DNA of 64,000 bases from a virus. Taxonomy: Duplodnaviria > Caudoviricetes. The notes under the pieces are model-generated. The model saw only the letters and a list, made by a program, of their open reading frames with translations. It had not been told where the DNA came from and ran no database searches. A program made the translations under genes and the position numbers. Each line of letters begins with the position of its first letter. The first letter of the stretch is position 1. Of this stretch, positions 8,689-18,767 are shown piece by piece. The stretch lies in the IMG/VR virus record IMGVR_UViG_3300029286_000011. One strand, given 5' to 3'.

Positions 8689-10584
8689 TTATTGCTGGGC
8701 TGGCTGCTGACCAAGCAGCATTGCGCCGCCGGCTGTTTGTGCACGAGAGCGAATCTCTTCCATCTTCTCCTGCACGACAGCGTGAAGCATGTTGTTCTTC
8801 TGCTTCAGTTGTCGCAGCTCACTGTCCTTCTGGGACTCAGGCAGCGCTAGTAATTGATTGGCCAAGCTTTCAGCCTGAGCCATTATATCCTGCGGCGACA
8901 TAGGCACGTTAGCCGATGACAGCATCGCAGACACAGGACCGCCAGGCATACCGGCTGCACCGCCAGGACCAGCAGGTGCGCCGCCTGGGCCGGCTGGAAC
9001 GCCGCCAGGAGGCATTCCGCCGGCCGGTGCTGGCATTTGTCCCTTGGCAATCTGCTCACCAAAGGCAGACTGATCCATCTCCTCTTGAACCCTGGCCTGC
9101 GTCTCCTGCTGGAATCGAGACTCTTCGGCAATGCCGCGAACCTCGTCCTTGTATTCGATACCCAGCGCACGCAATGCCGTGGTTTGACTTATGACACCGC
9201 CCATGGACAACTGCAGTATCATCATCTGCTTCTGTACGTCGTCGGCGTATGTAACGCGGCGCATACGGGCAGATACACGCTCCCAAGACAACAACTGGCT
9301 GACCTGCTCTACAAACCAGTACAGGAAGCGATTGTTGCTGGCCGGTAGATGGCTCCACGTAGCCTCTAGCAGCCGCAGGGAAATGGGCATGGCATCAAGA
9401 CGCATTGTTCCCTGGTGGAACTCAACAGGCGCACCTGAGCCATTAAGCAGCGTGTTGTTAGCTTGTTCGATCTGATCACGCGGTGCCAGGTTGGCAGCCT
9501 CGCCACCAACGAGATGGTATCGAATAGGATGCGATACCACATGCCAGCTGGCAGGGTCCTGTCGACGTCGGCGCAAGGCATCGAGCATCTGATACGTGAA
9601 ATCACTACCAGACATCCCTATGAGCGGATCAGTTAGAGCGCCCTGACTCATAGGATTTCCGTTACGCACTTCAGGCGTGATGATACGCAAAGGCACAATG
9701 AAGTCCATGGCAATGGCTTCATTCATCCTGCGCAGAACCTGGCAGTGAAACACGTCACGGAAGTTAATCAACGACCTGGGCAGGCCCCATCCACGATTGG
9801 GTATGCCTGATAACGTCGGCTCCATCATATGGAACAATACGTTAGGCCCAAACATGAACAGCTGGTTTTTGCTTATGGCGTCGATAACAGGCAGCGGCGT
9901 ACGCTCGAGAATGAACATATCGCCATTGGTGACCTGCTGCTTATAGTCCTGCGGAATCTTCCACAGGTAAGCGCGTTCACCGGTATACGGATCTGTGAGT
10001 ATCTCTATCTCGTGCGGGGACCAGTGCTTGAGACTGAGCGACTGCTCCAGATTGACAGGCTGGTCATTAACGATCCACTCACCACGATAGCCGCTGCCTG
10101 TCTTGCAGTTCGGGCATGTGGCAATGAACTTGAACCTGTCCCACTTGAACTTGAACTGAGAATGCCCGTCAACCTCTCGCAGCAAGTACTGGTTGTAGCA
10201 TTTGGGACATACCAGAAAGCGCTGGAACGGTACGACAAATGACGTAAAGCCGTTGCCGTAGGCGATACAGTCGCGGTCTAGTGACTGTATGTCGTCCAGT
10301 ATGTGGATTCGGTCCTCGCAGAAGCTTCTATACTTTTCTTTCTCGTCATCGCCTAGACGCGAGATAGTATCCACAGCGCCTATCTCAACGGCTGTAAGAA
10401 AGTAGGCAATGATCCGCTCCATTGCCATTCGATATGTCGAGTTGTTCTGGAATATGAACTCACCCCAACGCAGCATTTCACGAATGCCGGTAGGCATCAT
10501 GCTGCTGGCAATGTCCTGCCACGGATTGGGGAAGGCCCCGCTGCCTGAGCGTGACCCAAACATACCTTGCATATAGTCAGCCAT
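8689..10584 (-). CDS. Probable portal protein
   Basis: 631 aa with size and architecture typical of large-phage portals (D..AYGNGF segment, Gly/Pro-rich linker, coiled C-terminus); recognised by resemblance only. Confidence 0.55.
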   Translation of the reverse strand: MADYMQGMFGSRSGSGAFPNPWQDIASSMMPTGIREMLRWGEFIFQNNSTYRMAMERIIAYFLTAVEIGAVDTISRLGDDEKEKYRSFCEDRIHILDDIQSLDRDCIAYGNGFTSFVVPFQRFLVCPKCYNQYLLREVDGHSQFKFKWDRFKFIATCPNCKTGSGYRGEWIVNDQPVNLEQSLSLKHWSPHEIEILTDPYTGERAYLWKIPQDYKQQVTNGDMFILERTPLPVIDAISKNQLFMFGPNVLFHMMEPTLSGIPNRGWGLPRSLINFRDVFHCQVLRRMNEAIAMDFIVPLRIITPEVRNGNPMSQGALTDPLIGMSGSDFTYQMLDALRRRRQDPASWHVVSHPIRYHLVGGEAANLAPRDQIEQANNTLLNGSGAPVEFHQGTMRLDAMPISLRLLEATWSHLPASNNRFLYWFVEQVSQLLSWERVSARMRRVTYADDVQKQMMILQLSMGGVISQTTALRALGIEYKDEVRGIAEESRFQQETQARVQEEMDQSAFGEQIAKGQMPAPAGGMPPGGVPAGPGGAPAGPGGAAGMPGGPVSAMLSSANVPMSPQDIMAQAESLANQLLALPESQKDSELRQLKQKNNMLHAVVQEKMEEIRSRAQTAGGAMLLGQQPAQQ

Positions 10585-10610
10585 CTACGACCTCCGTGTG
10601 TTGGGCCAGC

Positions 10611-10763
10611 TTAGCAGCTTTCCTTAGCCACTTTAGATGCCCTAGCAACAACATGCTCTTCCAGCTGTTCCGCAGTCTTATCTGCAGGTCGCTCTGCCGG
10701 TGTGATGCCAGGTTCAATGACTCCGCGCTTTTCCATGCGCTCGGCAGTGTCAGGTCGTTCCAT
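10611..10763 (-). CDS. Small hypothetical protein
   Basis: MERPDTAERMEK...ADKTAEQLEEHVV; fills the gap upstream of the portal. Confidence 0.4.
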   Translation of the reverse strand: MERPDTAERMEKRGVIEPGITPAERPADKTAEQLEEHVVARASKVAKESC

Positions 10764-11886
10764 CGTCCACCTCGGTTTCTGCAGGTACGATGATAAGGTT
10801 GATGATCTCAAGACAACCTATCGTCTGATGGAACTCTGGCACAATGACACAGAAAGCCTGCCGGGACAGGGTGGGCACTGTTACCATTATACGATTCCTA
10901 CCAGTAGGCGCTGGAGCGAACCTGCTACCTTCTTTGTATCTGTCGTCGTAAATAAGCGATAGACAGATACCTGATTTGACCACTTTGTGGAATCGATAAC
11001 GATGCAAGCCGGCAACACCAAGATCGAACACAGCGTCGTATGTTGGGCTTACAGGGTCAGCTGCCAAGAACTCAAGGCCCGTTCTAGAGTTGTCCACAGG
11101 CTCTGGAATCTCTACGGATTCGACAGGCGCTTGTGACGGCCTAGGGGCTTTGACCAAGGCGGTGACAACAGAGGTCAACTGCTGAATGCTGTCTTCAATG
11201 GCCTTGATGCGCTGGCTTTTGACCTTCGGCCGTGAAGCCTGTTTAACAGGCCTTCGCTTGACTGGCCGAGCTCGCACCGGCTCTTGCACCTCTTCATCAA
11301 CGTCGTCGGCATACTCTTCAACTTCCTCACGTCGCGCCGGCTTACGTTGTACCTTCTGAGGTTGCCATTTGCTGCCACGATTGGCCGCAGTACTTCGAGA
11401 GCTACTACGCTCAGCTTGTTCAGCCTGTTCTTCCTCGGCACCGTCGTCTTCGTCCCACATAGACTTCATGGGTGTTACCTCTTGCATCTGCTCAAAGTCA
11501 GGTACGACCTGCAGGGTTTTGTGTTTCACACGTCCCTGTGCGTTACTGGCTTCCATGGCCAACAGAAAAGCTTCTTCCGGATCGTCTGTTTTCATGGCTG
11601 CCTGCTTACAGGCGGCTTTAGTCAACTTACGCAAGTCAATAACGGTGCCGCCTTCGCCCGTTATTGGATTGGTTGGATCGATTATGATCACACCAGCGCG
11701 GCTGTGATCGATGACCTTGGAAGTGCCGCCGCGAGTAGCCCTGGGCAACATGACTCTACCAGAGGCGTGCTTATGATATTTGCTCGGATCAGGTGTATGT
11801 GCCATTACACCTGCCTTATCCGGGGGTTGTGCGATCGGTGACCAGTCTGATCGACTACTAAAATCACGCTTAGCTTTTGCTAACAT
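10750..11886 (-). CDS. Hypothetical protein, charged central linker
   Basis: 378-aa ORF containing KQA motifs. Confidence 0.6.
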   Translation of the reverse strand: MLAKAKRDFSSRSDWSPIAQPPDKAGVMAHTPDPSKYHKHASGRVMLPRATRGGTSKVIDHSRAGVIIIDPTNPITGEGGTVIDLRKLTKAACKQAAMKTDDPEEAFLLAMEASNAQGRVKHKTLQVVPDFEQMQEVTPMKSMWDEDDGAEEEQAEQAERSSSRSTAANRGSKWQPQKVQRKPARREEVEEYADDVDEEVQEPVRARPVKRRPVKQASRPKVKSQRIKAIEDSIQQLTSVVTALVKAPRPSQAPVESVEIPEPVDNSRTGLEFLAADPVSPTYDAVFDLGVAGLHRYRFHKVVKSGICLSLIYDDRYKEGSRFAPAPTGRNRIMVTVPTLSRQAFCVIVPEFHQTIGCLEIINLIIVPAETEVDDGTT

Positions 11887-11930
11887 AATGACCTTTTACC
11901 TCCGGCCACTAGTCTAGCATTCAGCATAGC

Positions 11931-11976
11931 TAAAGGAAAGGGAACAAGGCAGGCCGTTTCGCTCCTGCCTTGTTCC
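11931..11976 (-). terminator. Probable terminator hairpin
   Basis: GGAACAAGGCAGG / CCTGCCTTGTTCC 13-bp stem with a T-rich tail on the minus strand. Confidence 0.6.
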
Positions 11977-11994
11977 TTCCCCGCACAGTTGAGC

Positions 11995-13488
11995 CTACGT
12001 CAACTGTGTTGCTTTGTTCTCTCGATAGGAATCGACGTTCACGGCCCCGCCCCCAAGGTGATATCCGACGCCATTGGCTACGAACTCCCAGTCAGCTTGC
12101 TGGTTATTCGCCAATGCGCCGAACACAAACACCTTGAGCTCAGGCACGTAAAAGCGTTCGAGACCACGAAAGTCAAGCAGTACGTCGTATGCGAGGGAGC
12201 AGGCGGATGGCGGTAACCACTTGGCAGGAACCAAGTAATTGTTGCCATTCGAATTGGGTTCGGCGAACGAGTCGCGGATGTAGGCAGCCGCCATCACGGG
12301 CAGCAACGAACCCAATGCTCTGATCTCGCTACGTGTCCACAGGCGCCTCGGCATCCAGTTGCATACTGGTTCGCCCGCCTGAAATTCCTTATCCAACATC
12401 CCAAGATCAGGCGCATAGGCCCGAGGGATGTACACTACGCTACCGTCGGGCCATTGCGCGACGTACACTGTGGGGTCCGTGTCAATAAATTCGACAATCG
12501 CCCCGGCGGCCGGCGCACGCACGGTAAACGGTTTTGCACTGAGCGCCCCGGCAGGGCCCAGTACACGACGAAGTTCGTCGACGAGCGAATCCGACACTGT
12601 CATATCGGAGATAACATGCTCAACCGATTCAGCCGTCATGCGGAGATATGCCGCCGGCAGTTGTCCGTAATCTGCCATCGGACCAGTTTCATGGTTGATC
12701 AGCCGCCTGGTCATAAGATTGCCAGTGCGGAGCAGATCTTCCCTATCAAGCGGTACCCAGTTCTTCGTGGGCTGGCGCACAAACATGGTTCTTCCATTCT
12801 CCACGCGTATGCGCCCATACTTGCAGGCTTCCATTGCCTGCACAACTGGTTGGTCGGCGGTGACTTGCTCACCTTCGGCCACCAGCAGCTTGAACTCCTT
12901 GTTACGCGGCAGCCGCAAGATAGGCAGCTTTCCCGCGTCGTCCTCCAACCACACTTCCAGCCTGACGGGTGTGTCAACAAACGTGACAAACCCAGCACCC
13001 GGCGAACGAATCATAGCCGGATTCTTTGCGCTGGCGATGGCATCACACAGCGCCGCCCCTACTGTGCCAGGACGATACTCGCACAGTTCGTAGCGGTAGT
13101 CGGATTGGCGTGGACGCTCCAGCGTATCCCACGTCACCGGCCGCCTTGGCAGCACTGTCTCAACGCCTCCGTCAGCCATTCGATGCAACTCGTGCAGCGT
13201 CACGTCGAAACGATAGGGCCGAGCCCAAGTCTTCTTCTTGTGTCCACCTGAGAAACTCACTTCAGGCGGAACGTTCAACATACGCATAGCCAACACGTCC
13301 ACGTGGTCGTGTGGCAGTAAGCTGGGATGTAGCCCGCCCGACCTAGATCGAGCTTTGTAGGCCAGTATCCCAAAGCCAGCGCGAGCACCGCTGTGGCCTT
13401 CAGTGGCATTCGCCCACTCCTCCTGCACCGGGGTTAGATTGTGCCTGGTTCCCGGCCCATAGACTTCCTTGTGAAGCAAGTTTTCCAT
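11995..13488 (-). CDS. Hypothetical protein with two sandwich-barrel-hybrid-like segments (RNA polymerase beta'-like)
   Basis: LLVAEGEQVTADQPVVQ and VRAPAAGAIVEF...DGSVVYIP...EFQAGEPV. Likely start MENLL at 13488 (GGAG RBS); ORF track start is 13617. Confidence 0.4.
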   Translation of the reverse strand: MENLLHKEVYGPGTRHNLTPVQEEWANATEGHSGARAGFGILAYKARSRSGGLHPSLLPHDHVDVLAMRMLNVPPEVSFSGGHKKKTWARPYRFDVTLHELHRMADGGVETVLPRRPVTWDTLERPRQSDYRYELCEYRPGTVGAALCDAIASAKNPAMIRSPGAGFVTFVDTPVRLEVWLEDDAGKLPILRLPRNKEFKLLVAEGEQVTADQPVVQAMEACKYGRIRVENGRTMFVRQPTKNWVPLDREDLLRTGNLMTRRLINHETGPMADYGQLPAAYLRMTAESVEHVISDMTVSDSLVDELRRVLGPAGALSAKPFTVRAPAAGAIVEFIDTDPTVYVAQWPDGSVVYIPRAYAPDLGMLDKEFQAGEPVCNWMPRRLWTRSEIRALGSLLPVMAAAYIRDSFAEPNSNGNNYLVPAKWLPPSACSLAYDVLLDFRGLERFYVPELKVFVFGALANNQQADWEFVANGVGYHLGGGAVNVDSYRENKATQLT

Positions 13489-13649
13489 CGATGTCGCTCC
13501 ATTTGTCCTACCCACCGGAACGTAAATTCGTTCTACGCGCCTATCGGCTGTCCACTCCAACAGCCAATACGTAAAGAAAAAGGTCTTCAGCTGATAGCAA
13601 CTGAAGACCCATTGCATAATATTATGACACCGTGTGGTGTCTTTTTTAG

Positions 13650-14156
13650 CTATCCGTCATCATCGTCAAAGTCGTCCTCAGGTTCCTCGTCGGGAGTGTC
13701 TATTTCACCGTCGTCAGTCATCACTGACGCTGACGCATCTGCGGCCACTACAGAAGAATTGCCTGAGGCGTCGGCTATGTTGATATCCTCTTCACCAAAA
13801 TAGCCCTCCTCATTAACTGTTGGCATCAACGAGTCAAACAACGGCAGCATCTCGCCTGTGGCTAGCACAAGATGATGTGGCCATGTTGTCAACTTAGATT
13901 GAACGCCATAGAACACAAACAGCCAGCCCTTGCGCGATAGCGCCTGCTTCAAGAATGTTCGCAGTGCGCCTATATCGGCAAATCGGCTGAGAGAAGGCTT
14001 GGCGTAATCCAGCACCTCCACAACCCACCACGCTGGAGTTGCCGATATATCAAACGGCTCTTCAGGCATACGAACAGGCGCTGGCAGGCCCAACGAGGCC
14101 CACAGATCTTCAATCTGCTGTTTAAGCTGATCTGTTGATTTGATTATCTCTGACAT
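13650..14156 (-). CDS. Hypothetical protein with acidic tail
   Basis: 168-aa ORF. Confidence 0.55.
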   Translation of the reverse strand: MSEIIKSTDQLKQQIEDLWASLGLPAPVRMPEEPFDISATPAWWVVEVLDYAKPSLSRFADIGALRTFLKQALSRKGWLFVFYGVQSKLTTWPHHLVLATGEMLPLFDSLMPTVNEEGYFGEEDINIADASGNSSVVAADASASVMTDDGEIDTPDEEPEDDFDDDDG

Positions 14157-14185
14157 GACTCAGACAACCTATCAGTGACGTAGGC

Positions 14186-14470
14186 TCAGGACAACATAGT
14201 ACGAGTACTGACAGCCGGTGCCGGCTCATCCTTAGCCACAGGATAGTCAATCGCCACACGACCATTGCTGCCACGCACGCTAAGCAAAGCCGTCGTATTG
14301 GCCTTATCATCGTCGATACGAATATAGGCCAGTGTTGCCGAGTCACGGCTGCGGAAGAACGTGGGCTCAAAGACAAGCTTCGAAACTTCCACCTCGTTAC
14401 CGGCCTTATCGTACGCTTTGATCTTGGCCGAAAAGCCATCAGCAACGGGAACCAGTGTAACAGTCTTCAT
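14186..14470 (-). CDS. Hypothetical protein
   Basis: 94-aa ORF abutting the upstream gene. Confidence 0.55.
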   Translation of the reverse strand: MKTVTLVPVADGFSAKIKAYDKAGNEVEVSKLVFEPTFFRSRDSATLAYIRIDDDKANTTALLSVRGSNGRVAIDYPVAKDEPAPAVSTRTMLS

Positions 14471-15316
14471 CTAGCTCTCCTTCTTTGAGTTGCGCCAGTC
14501 TTGTTGATAGTACTGCTGGAACAACTGTTTTTGATCCAGTGACATTTCCTGTTCCGTTACATCATGATACGTGGATGGATCGCTAATTTGAACTCTACCC
14601 TCTTTCTTAGCTGTAGAGTAGCGATCACCAAGTTCAATCATTCGTATGTCGCCTGGGTAGCATTTGGCAACTGCCACATACGGATCTTCGCCAGCAAACA
14701 ATGCTCGTGCGAAGATCTGAGTATGATGAAAAGCCTTGCCCTTAACTAACTGCGGCAGATGAATTATAGGGTTACGACCGGTCTGGAAGAACAGGTTACC
14801 CTTGTTAGTCTCCAGGTCGAACATGGTTATTGGCACAACAGGTGCCCGTACAGGTATGACTGACGACCTCTCAAGGAATAGTGGGTCGGCGATCATAATG
14901 GGCTGCCATCGAACCCGAGTGATCAGACGCAGGTCCCAATCTTGAAAGGCCAGCGTGCCCATCCATTCTCTATAGGCAGCCCAAGGCGCTCTCTCCATGC
15001 CATACAAGACGTAGTTCCACGTTGGGTCTGTATCTACGTTTATGCCACGGAAGATAGGCTTAGTGAACTTCAGTGTTATGGGCGTTACCTGCCTACCATA
15101 CACCTCCAGAAAGTCCATAAAGGGCTCTCGGCCCATCAGACGGACAAATGCGTATATCAGCGCCGGACTGTAGAAGTGGTATTCATCGTTTAGCGACGCA
15201 AGCGTCGTGGCACGGCTGATACGTAACTGCACCGTCTCCGCGCGCTCGCGCGGAAAAGCCTGTCCACCCTCTGTAAAACCAGATCGAAAGAGCTTAGGTA
15301 GCGGGGGAAGACTCAT
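14471..15316 (-). CDS. Hypothetical protein
   Basis: 281-aa ORF. Confidence 0.6.
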   Translation of the reverse strand: MSLPPLPKLFRSGFTEGGQAFPRERAETVQLRISRATTLASLNDEYHFYSPALIYAFVRLMGREPFMDFLEVYGRQVTPITLKFTKPIFRGINVDTDPTWNYVLYGMERAPWAAYREWMGTLAFQDWDLRLITRVRWQPIMIADPLFLERSSVIPVRAPVVPITMFDLETNKGNLFFQTGRNPIIHLPQLVKGKAFHHTQIFARALFAGEDPYVAVAKCYPGDIRMIELGDRYSTAKKEGRVQISDPSTYHDVTEQEMSLDQKQLFQQYYQQDWRNSKKES

Positions 15317-15342
15317 GTGGCGCTACTTGTAGTTAAGGTGCT

Positions 15343-15384
15343 TATACTCTCAGGGCGGCAAACTAAGTCCGCCCTGAGAGTATA
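15343..15384. terminator. 16-bp stem hairpin, probable terminator or processing signal
   Basis: TATACTCTCAGGGCGG / CCGCCCTGAGAGTATA in an intergenic gap. Confidence 0.55.
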
Positions 15385-15418
15385 GCTTGGTGACCATTTC
15401 CCGTACAGTGGTCAAGTA

Positions 15419-16174
15419 CTAGCTTGGCAGCAACGCCGCCATGATGTCATCAGCCTGCGGAACAGGAAACAACTGGAACCTATTGGCCAGTTCAAGTGTT
15501 AGCCTGAGATCTTCTTTGAGATTGATGTGCGCTGAATAGCCGCCACCATCAAACAACAGCTCTGGCAGTGTTGTCAGACCGGCCCGAGTCAGTAACTTCT
15601 GCATAGACACAGGTCCGTATGAGCCGTTCTCCTTAGGCCTGCGCACCTCAGCTTCAACAAGCATTTCAAACGGATCGTATGCGTCTGTGTTGGCGTACCA
15701 GTAGCCTATCGGCACACGCAGACCCGTCTTCCGTTGTACATTGGCTTCTATAGCCTCGATGCCACTCACACGGGCGAACGACTTTGTATCAAAGCCATAC
15801 AGCCACACGCCACGACTGCCCTCACCAGTGACTGAGAAGGCACGAGGAAACATGCTCAACAACCAGGTGACAAACGCATGCGACGGATTGACATAGCCAG
15901 CAGGCCCGTAGTCAAGCGTCGATGAATCAAACAGCATAGAGGCGTTGGCATCAACGGCCAATATGCTGGTGATAGTGCCGGTCAGCTTCATGAAGGCAAG
16001 TTCACTAGCCAGCTTAGCCTTCTTGGTCTGAATATCTATAGCCTTCTTGAGTTCGTCCTTGAGCCGGCCATCAGGAGCCGGATCCTCGATACCGATTACT
16101 GCGTCAGTTCGAGGCGATGCCGTATAGGCGACAACCACGGAGCTAGGTAGGGTCACAAAATTCCCCGATGTCAA
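15419..16174 (-). CDS. Divergent PolB-type 3'-5' exonuclease-like protein
   Basis: LAFMKLTGTITSI and LYGFDTK resemble the stand-alone DnaQ-like/PolB exonuclease family; the catalytic acidic residues are not clearly conserved. Confidence 0.35.
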   Translation of the reverse strand: MTSGNFVTLPSSVVVAYTASPRTDAVIGIEDPAPDGRLKDELKKAIDIQTKKAKLASELAFMKLTGTITSILAVDANASMLFDSSTLDYGPAGYVNPSHAFVTWLLSMFPRAFSVTGEGSRGVWLYGFDTKSFARVSGIEAIEANVQRKTGLRVPIGYWYANTDAYDPFEMLVEAEVRRPKENGSYGPVSMQKLLTRAGLTTLPELLFDGGGYSAHINLKEDLRLTLELANRFQLFPVPQADDIMAALLPS

Positions 16175-17229
16175 ATAGGAGTAACAATGTCCGTCAACAA
16201 CTCATGCACGCTACCATCCTTCATACGTCGTGCGCTAGCTGACCAGCACGGACGATCCTCTGTGGTCTTGAGAAACCACACTTCATGATGCGCAAGCAAT
16301 TCGGTCCACTCCGCATCAGGCGTTTCGTATATCTCATCAGACAACTCAAACGGCAGCATACCAAGCACGGCACAACCGGCGGCATCTGCCCATTTGCACA
16401 GCTGGCGGGTAAGCGCCGAAACAAGTCGCACAGGCCCGAGTATCTCCATGCCATCAGCCAGTGCCACCATGTCCTCTATAACCAACAGATCAACACGATT
16501 CTGGTGTGTCTGCTTGAGCCATGGGTTTATGCAATCGGTCAGCGTTTTGACCGATCGACCCTGCTTAATCCATCGATTAGCCGGTATAGCTAATCGTCGT
16601 TTGTCCTTGCCGGCAGACACATTAGCCACCAGCTGCATTCGATTACTCAGCGTGACAACGACTGGATTGAACTCACCTGTAGGTGCGTTGTATGCGTTGA
16701 CAGCGCTGACCACATGCGACAGTACGGCAGCAGGCCCAACAACAACATTGCATGTGCCACGGGTCAAGCCAGTCAGTAGCTCTGGCCGTAGACCTGTAGG
16801 CACAATAAGCTGCCGCCTCTCAGAATCAGCTGCCTTCTCTGTCTCTGCAACTGTGTCCTGCTGTCTCTGACCCTCACAAGCCAATTCGTTAGCCATGAAT
16901 GGTACAACCTGCTTACTGATTGCTTGCGCAACTTCCTCTCTAGTAAACTCTCGCTTAGCCCAGAATAGCATAGAGTCGTGCAGAAACTTTATGACCGCAG
17001 GGTCATTGGCGCGAAGCTCTGTGAGCCTACGCTCTAAAGACTGTGCAGCTAGAACAAACAGCTGTCTAGCTGTTTTCATCACCAGGCAGGCCACAGCAGT
17101 GCCTGCATCCGTGCTAAGCAGTTTCTGTGCATCGGCTGCCACTAACTTAAGATGATCCTCATTGAGCTTGCTCAACGCAGCCGGATCAATGTCAACCACT
17201 TCACGAGTGGTGTCTGGCGTGTCCATCAA
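16171..17229 (-). CDS. Degenerate RecA/DnaB-fold protein
   Basis: GLTRGTCNVVVGPAAVL (Walker A position without GK) and VDLLVIED (Walker B-like). Confidence 0.4.
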   Translation of the reverse strand: MMDTPDTTREVVDIDPAALSKLNEDHLKLVAADAQKLLSTDAGTAVACLVMKTARQLFVLAAQSLERRLTELRANDPAVIKFLHDSMLFWAKREFTREEVAQAISKQVVPFMANELACEGQRQQDTVAETEKAADSERRQLIVPTGLRPELLTGLTRGTCNVVVGPAAVLSHVVSAVNAYNAPTGEFNPVVVTLSNRMQLVANVSAGKDKRRLAIPANRWIKQGRSVKTLTDCINPWLKQTHQNRVDLLVIEDMVALADGMEILGPVRLVSALTRQLCKWADAAGCAVLGMLPFELSDEIYETPDAEWTELLAHHEVWFLKTTEDRPCWSASARRMKDGSVHELLTDIVTPI

Positions 17230-17249
17230 CTACTCCTGTTGATCGAGGT

Positions 17250-17275
17250 AGATGTAATTAGCGCTAATTACATCT
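17250..17275. promoter_or_regulatory. Palindrome copy 2 (extended to a 26-bp perfect palindrome)
   Basis: AGATGTAATTAGCGCTAATTACATCT; overlaps the RuvC-like stop codon and lies upstream of the 17229 start. Confidence 0.75.
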
Positions 17276-17798
17276 TTTGATAACTTTGACGGCCCCACTC
17301 TGCGATCAACAGTGCTTCGGCACGGTTGTGGTCCTTAACCCGCGTAAACGACACGGTGGGAAATAGCTGCGTAGCTCTACGCCTAGAGGCTTCCTTGCCC
17401 TCGCCTCGACCCACCATCGCAGGCCTCCAGCGTGCTGGTGACACTTTTGTGTAAGCCAGCCCGACAGCGGCCATAACACCCTCAATCATGCCGCAGGCCC
17501 GTCCAAAGGCCTCGACAGCAACCTTACCATCCTTGGGCATCGAGTGCGTATCTTCAAGCCAAGCCACGACGCGCGTGTCGAAGGATTCGCCACCTAGAGC
17601 TGCAATGTCGTGTAACAGCGTTACAAGCGCGCCGGCATCCAGAACAGTTTTCTTGCGCTTGTTACCGGCTTTGGTCTTACCGCCAGTTTGAAACGTGATT
17701 GTCGGTAAGTCTACAACCCAAGCCTGCTTGCCGTTTATCACGGCAACTGCGCCGTGAACACCTGGATCAATGCCTACGTGTATTACAGCCATTACCAA
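17268..17798 (-). CDS. RuvC-like Holliday junction resolvase
   Basis: HVGIDPG, WLED, AFGRACGMIEG, DHNRAEALLIA catalytic pattern. Confidence 0.8.
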   Translation of the reverse strand: MVMAVIHVGIDPGVHGAVAVINGKQAWVVDLPTITFQTGGKTKAGNKRKKTVLDAGALVTLLHDIAALGGESFDTRVVAWLEDTHSMPKDGKVAVEAFGRACGMIEGVMAAVGLAYTKVSPARWRPAMVGRGEGKEASRRRATQLFPTVSFTRVKDHNRAEALLIAEWGRQSYQKM

Positions 17799-18307
17799 AT
17801 GTCCTTCTTGTTCAATCCAAGTCGACGGCTAAACCATCTGGTTAGATAGTGCCACCGTCGACGCCACTTGCCGGCTGTAATGATCAGCTCGGCGCGCTTC
17901 CCTGCGCGAACTAGTTGCTTGACTGTTATCGTAGTTTCGTCTTGGAACATGGCATACTCGCGTAACGCTGCGAATATGGTGCCTGTCATAACAGCGCCCA
18001 AATAGAACGAAAAGGCTACGCGGGCCTGTGGCTTGGCATTGAACCAGCCTGACTTCTTCAATGCGCCTTCCAGCTCAACGTCTGGATCACTCGACATGTT
18101 CAGAAAGTCTATAAAGGCCTTGGTCGCATCGGCCAAATCAGACATCGTCACATTGCTTGACTTAAGCCAAGCATCGAGCTCTGGAAAGGCCTGCACCTTT
18201 TCAAGCCTCTTGGCTATGTCCTTGACCAAGGCCGGGCAGACATAGACTATATCGCGCTGTGGGCTGTACCCAGGACCACCAGTCTTAGGCCTGACTTGTA
18301 CCGCCAT
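17792..18307 (-). CDS. Hypothetical protein
   Basis: 171-aa ORF. Confidence 0.6.
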   Translation of the reverse strand: MAVQVRPKTGGPGYSPQRDIVYVCPALVKDIAKRLEKVQAFPELDAWLKSSNVTMSDLADATKAFIDFLNMSSDPDVELEGALKKSGWFNAKPQARVAFSFYLGAVMTGTIFAALREYAMFQDETTITVKQLVRAGKRAELIITAGKWRRRWHYLTRWFSRRLGLNKKDIW

Positions 18308-18767
18308 CGGTCCATCCTTGTCTGATTAGTGCTAACCGTAGATCTGGTGCAACCCAGTCTAGAGGCTTAATAAGCTTGCCGTCTTCACGAATCGTGTGAC
18401 CTGGGCCAAACTTAGCCAAGTTCGATAGATCAACAAGCGTCTGTACTTCATCGTCAGCCACACCGCAAGCACTCAATGTGCCTGTAGTGACAACGCGAAT
18501 ATCGCAGCAGCCGTCGACAACCTCAACGAGGTCAACCGGCCCGTCTGGCACAACCTCGAACTTAGAGATGTGTGAATCAATACGCGAACCATTCACTTGA
18601 AGCGTACATCCTAGTGCAGCAATGGTCTCAAGTGCTTCCTCAAGAATAAGGCGAGCACGCAACGACCTTACACTGGCATCAGGAATACAGGGCGCCTCAG
18701 GAACAGCCTGACACGCCCGGTACATGAATAATTCAACCAGCTTCTGGTGTGGTGTTTTACTGCACAC
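18285..18767 (-). CDS. MazG-like / all-alpha NTP pyrophosphohydrolase
   Basis: LRARLILEEALE, EVVDGCCD, SNLAK, DGKLIKP..W..PD motifs. Confidence 0.8.
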   Translation of the reverse strand: MCSKTPHQKLVELFMYRACQAVPEAPCIPDASVRSLRARLILEEALETIAALGCTLQVNGSRIDSHISKFEVVPDGPVDLVEVVDGCCDIRVVTTGTLSACGVADDEVQTLVDLSNLAKFGPGHTIREDGKLIKPLDWVAPDLRLALIRQGWTDGGTSQA

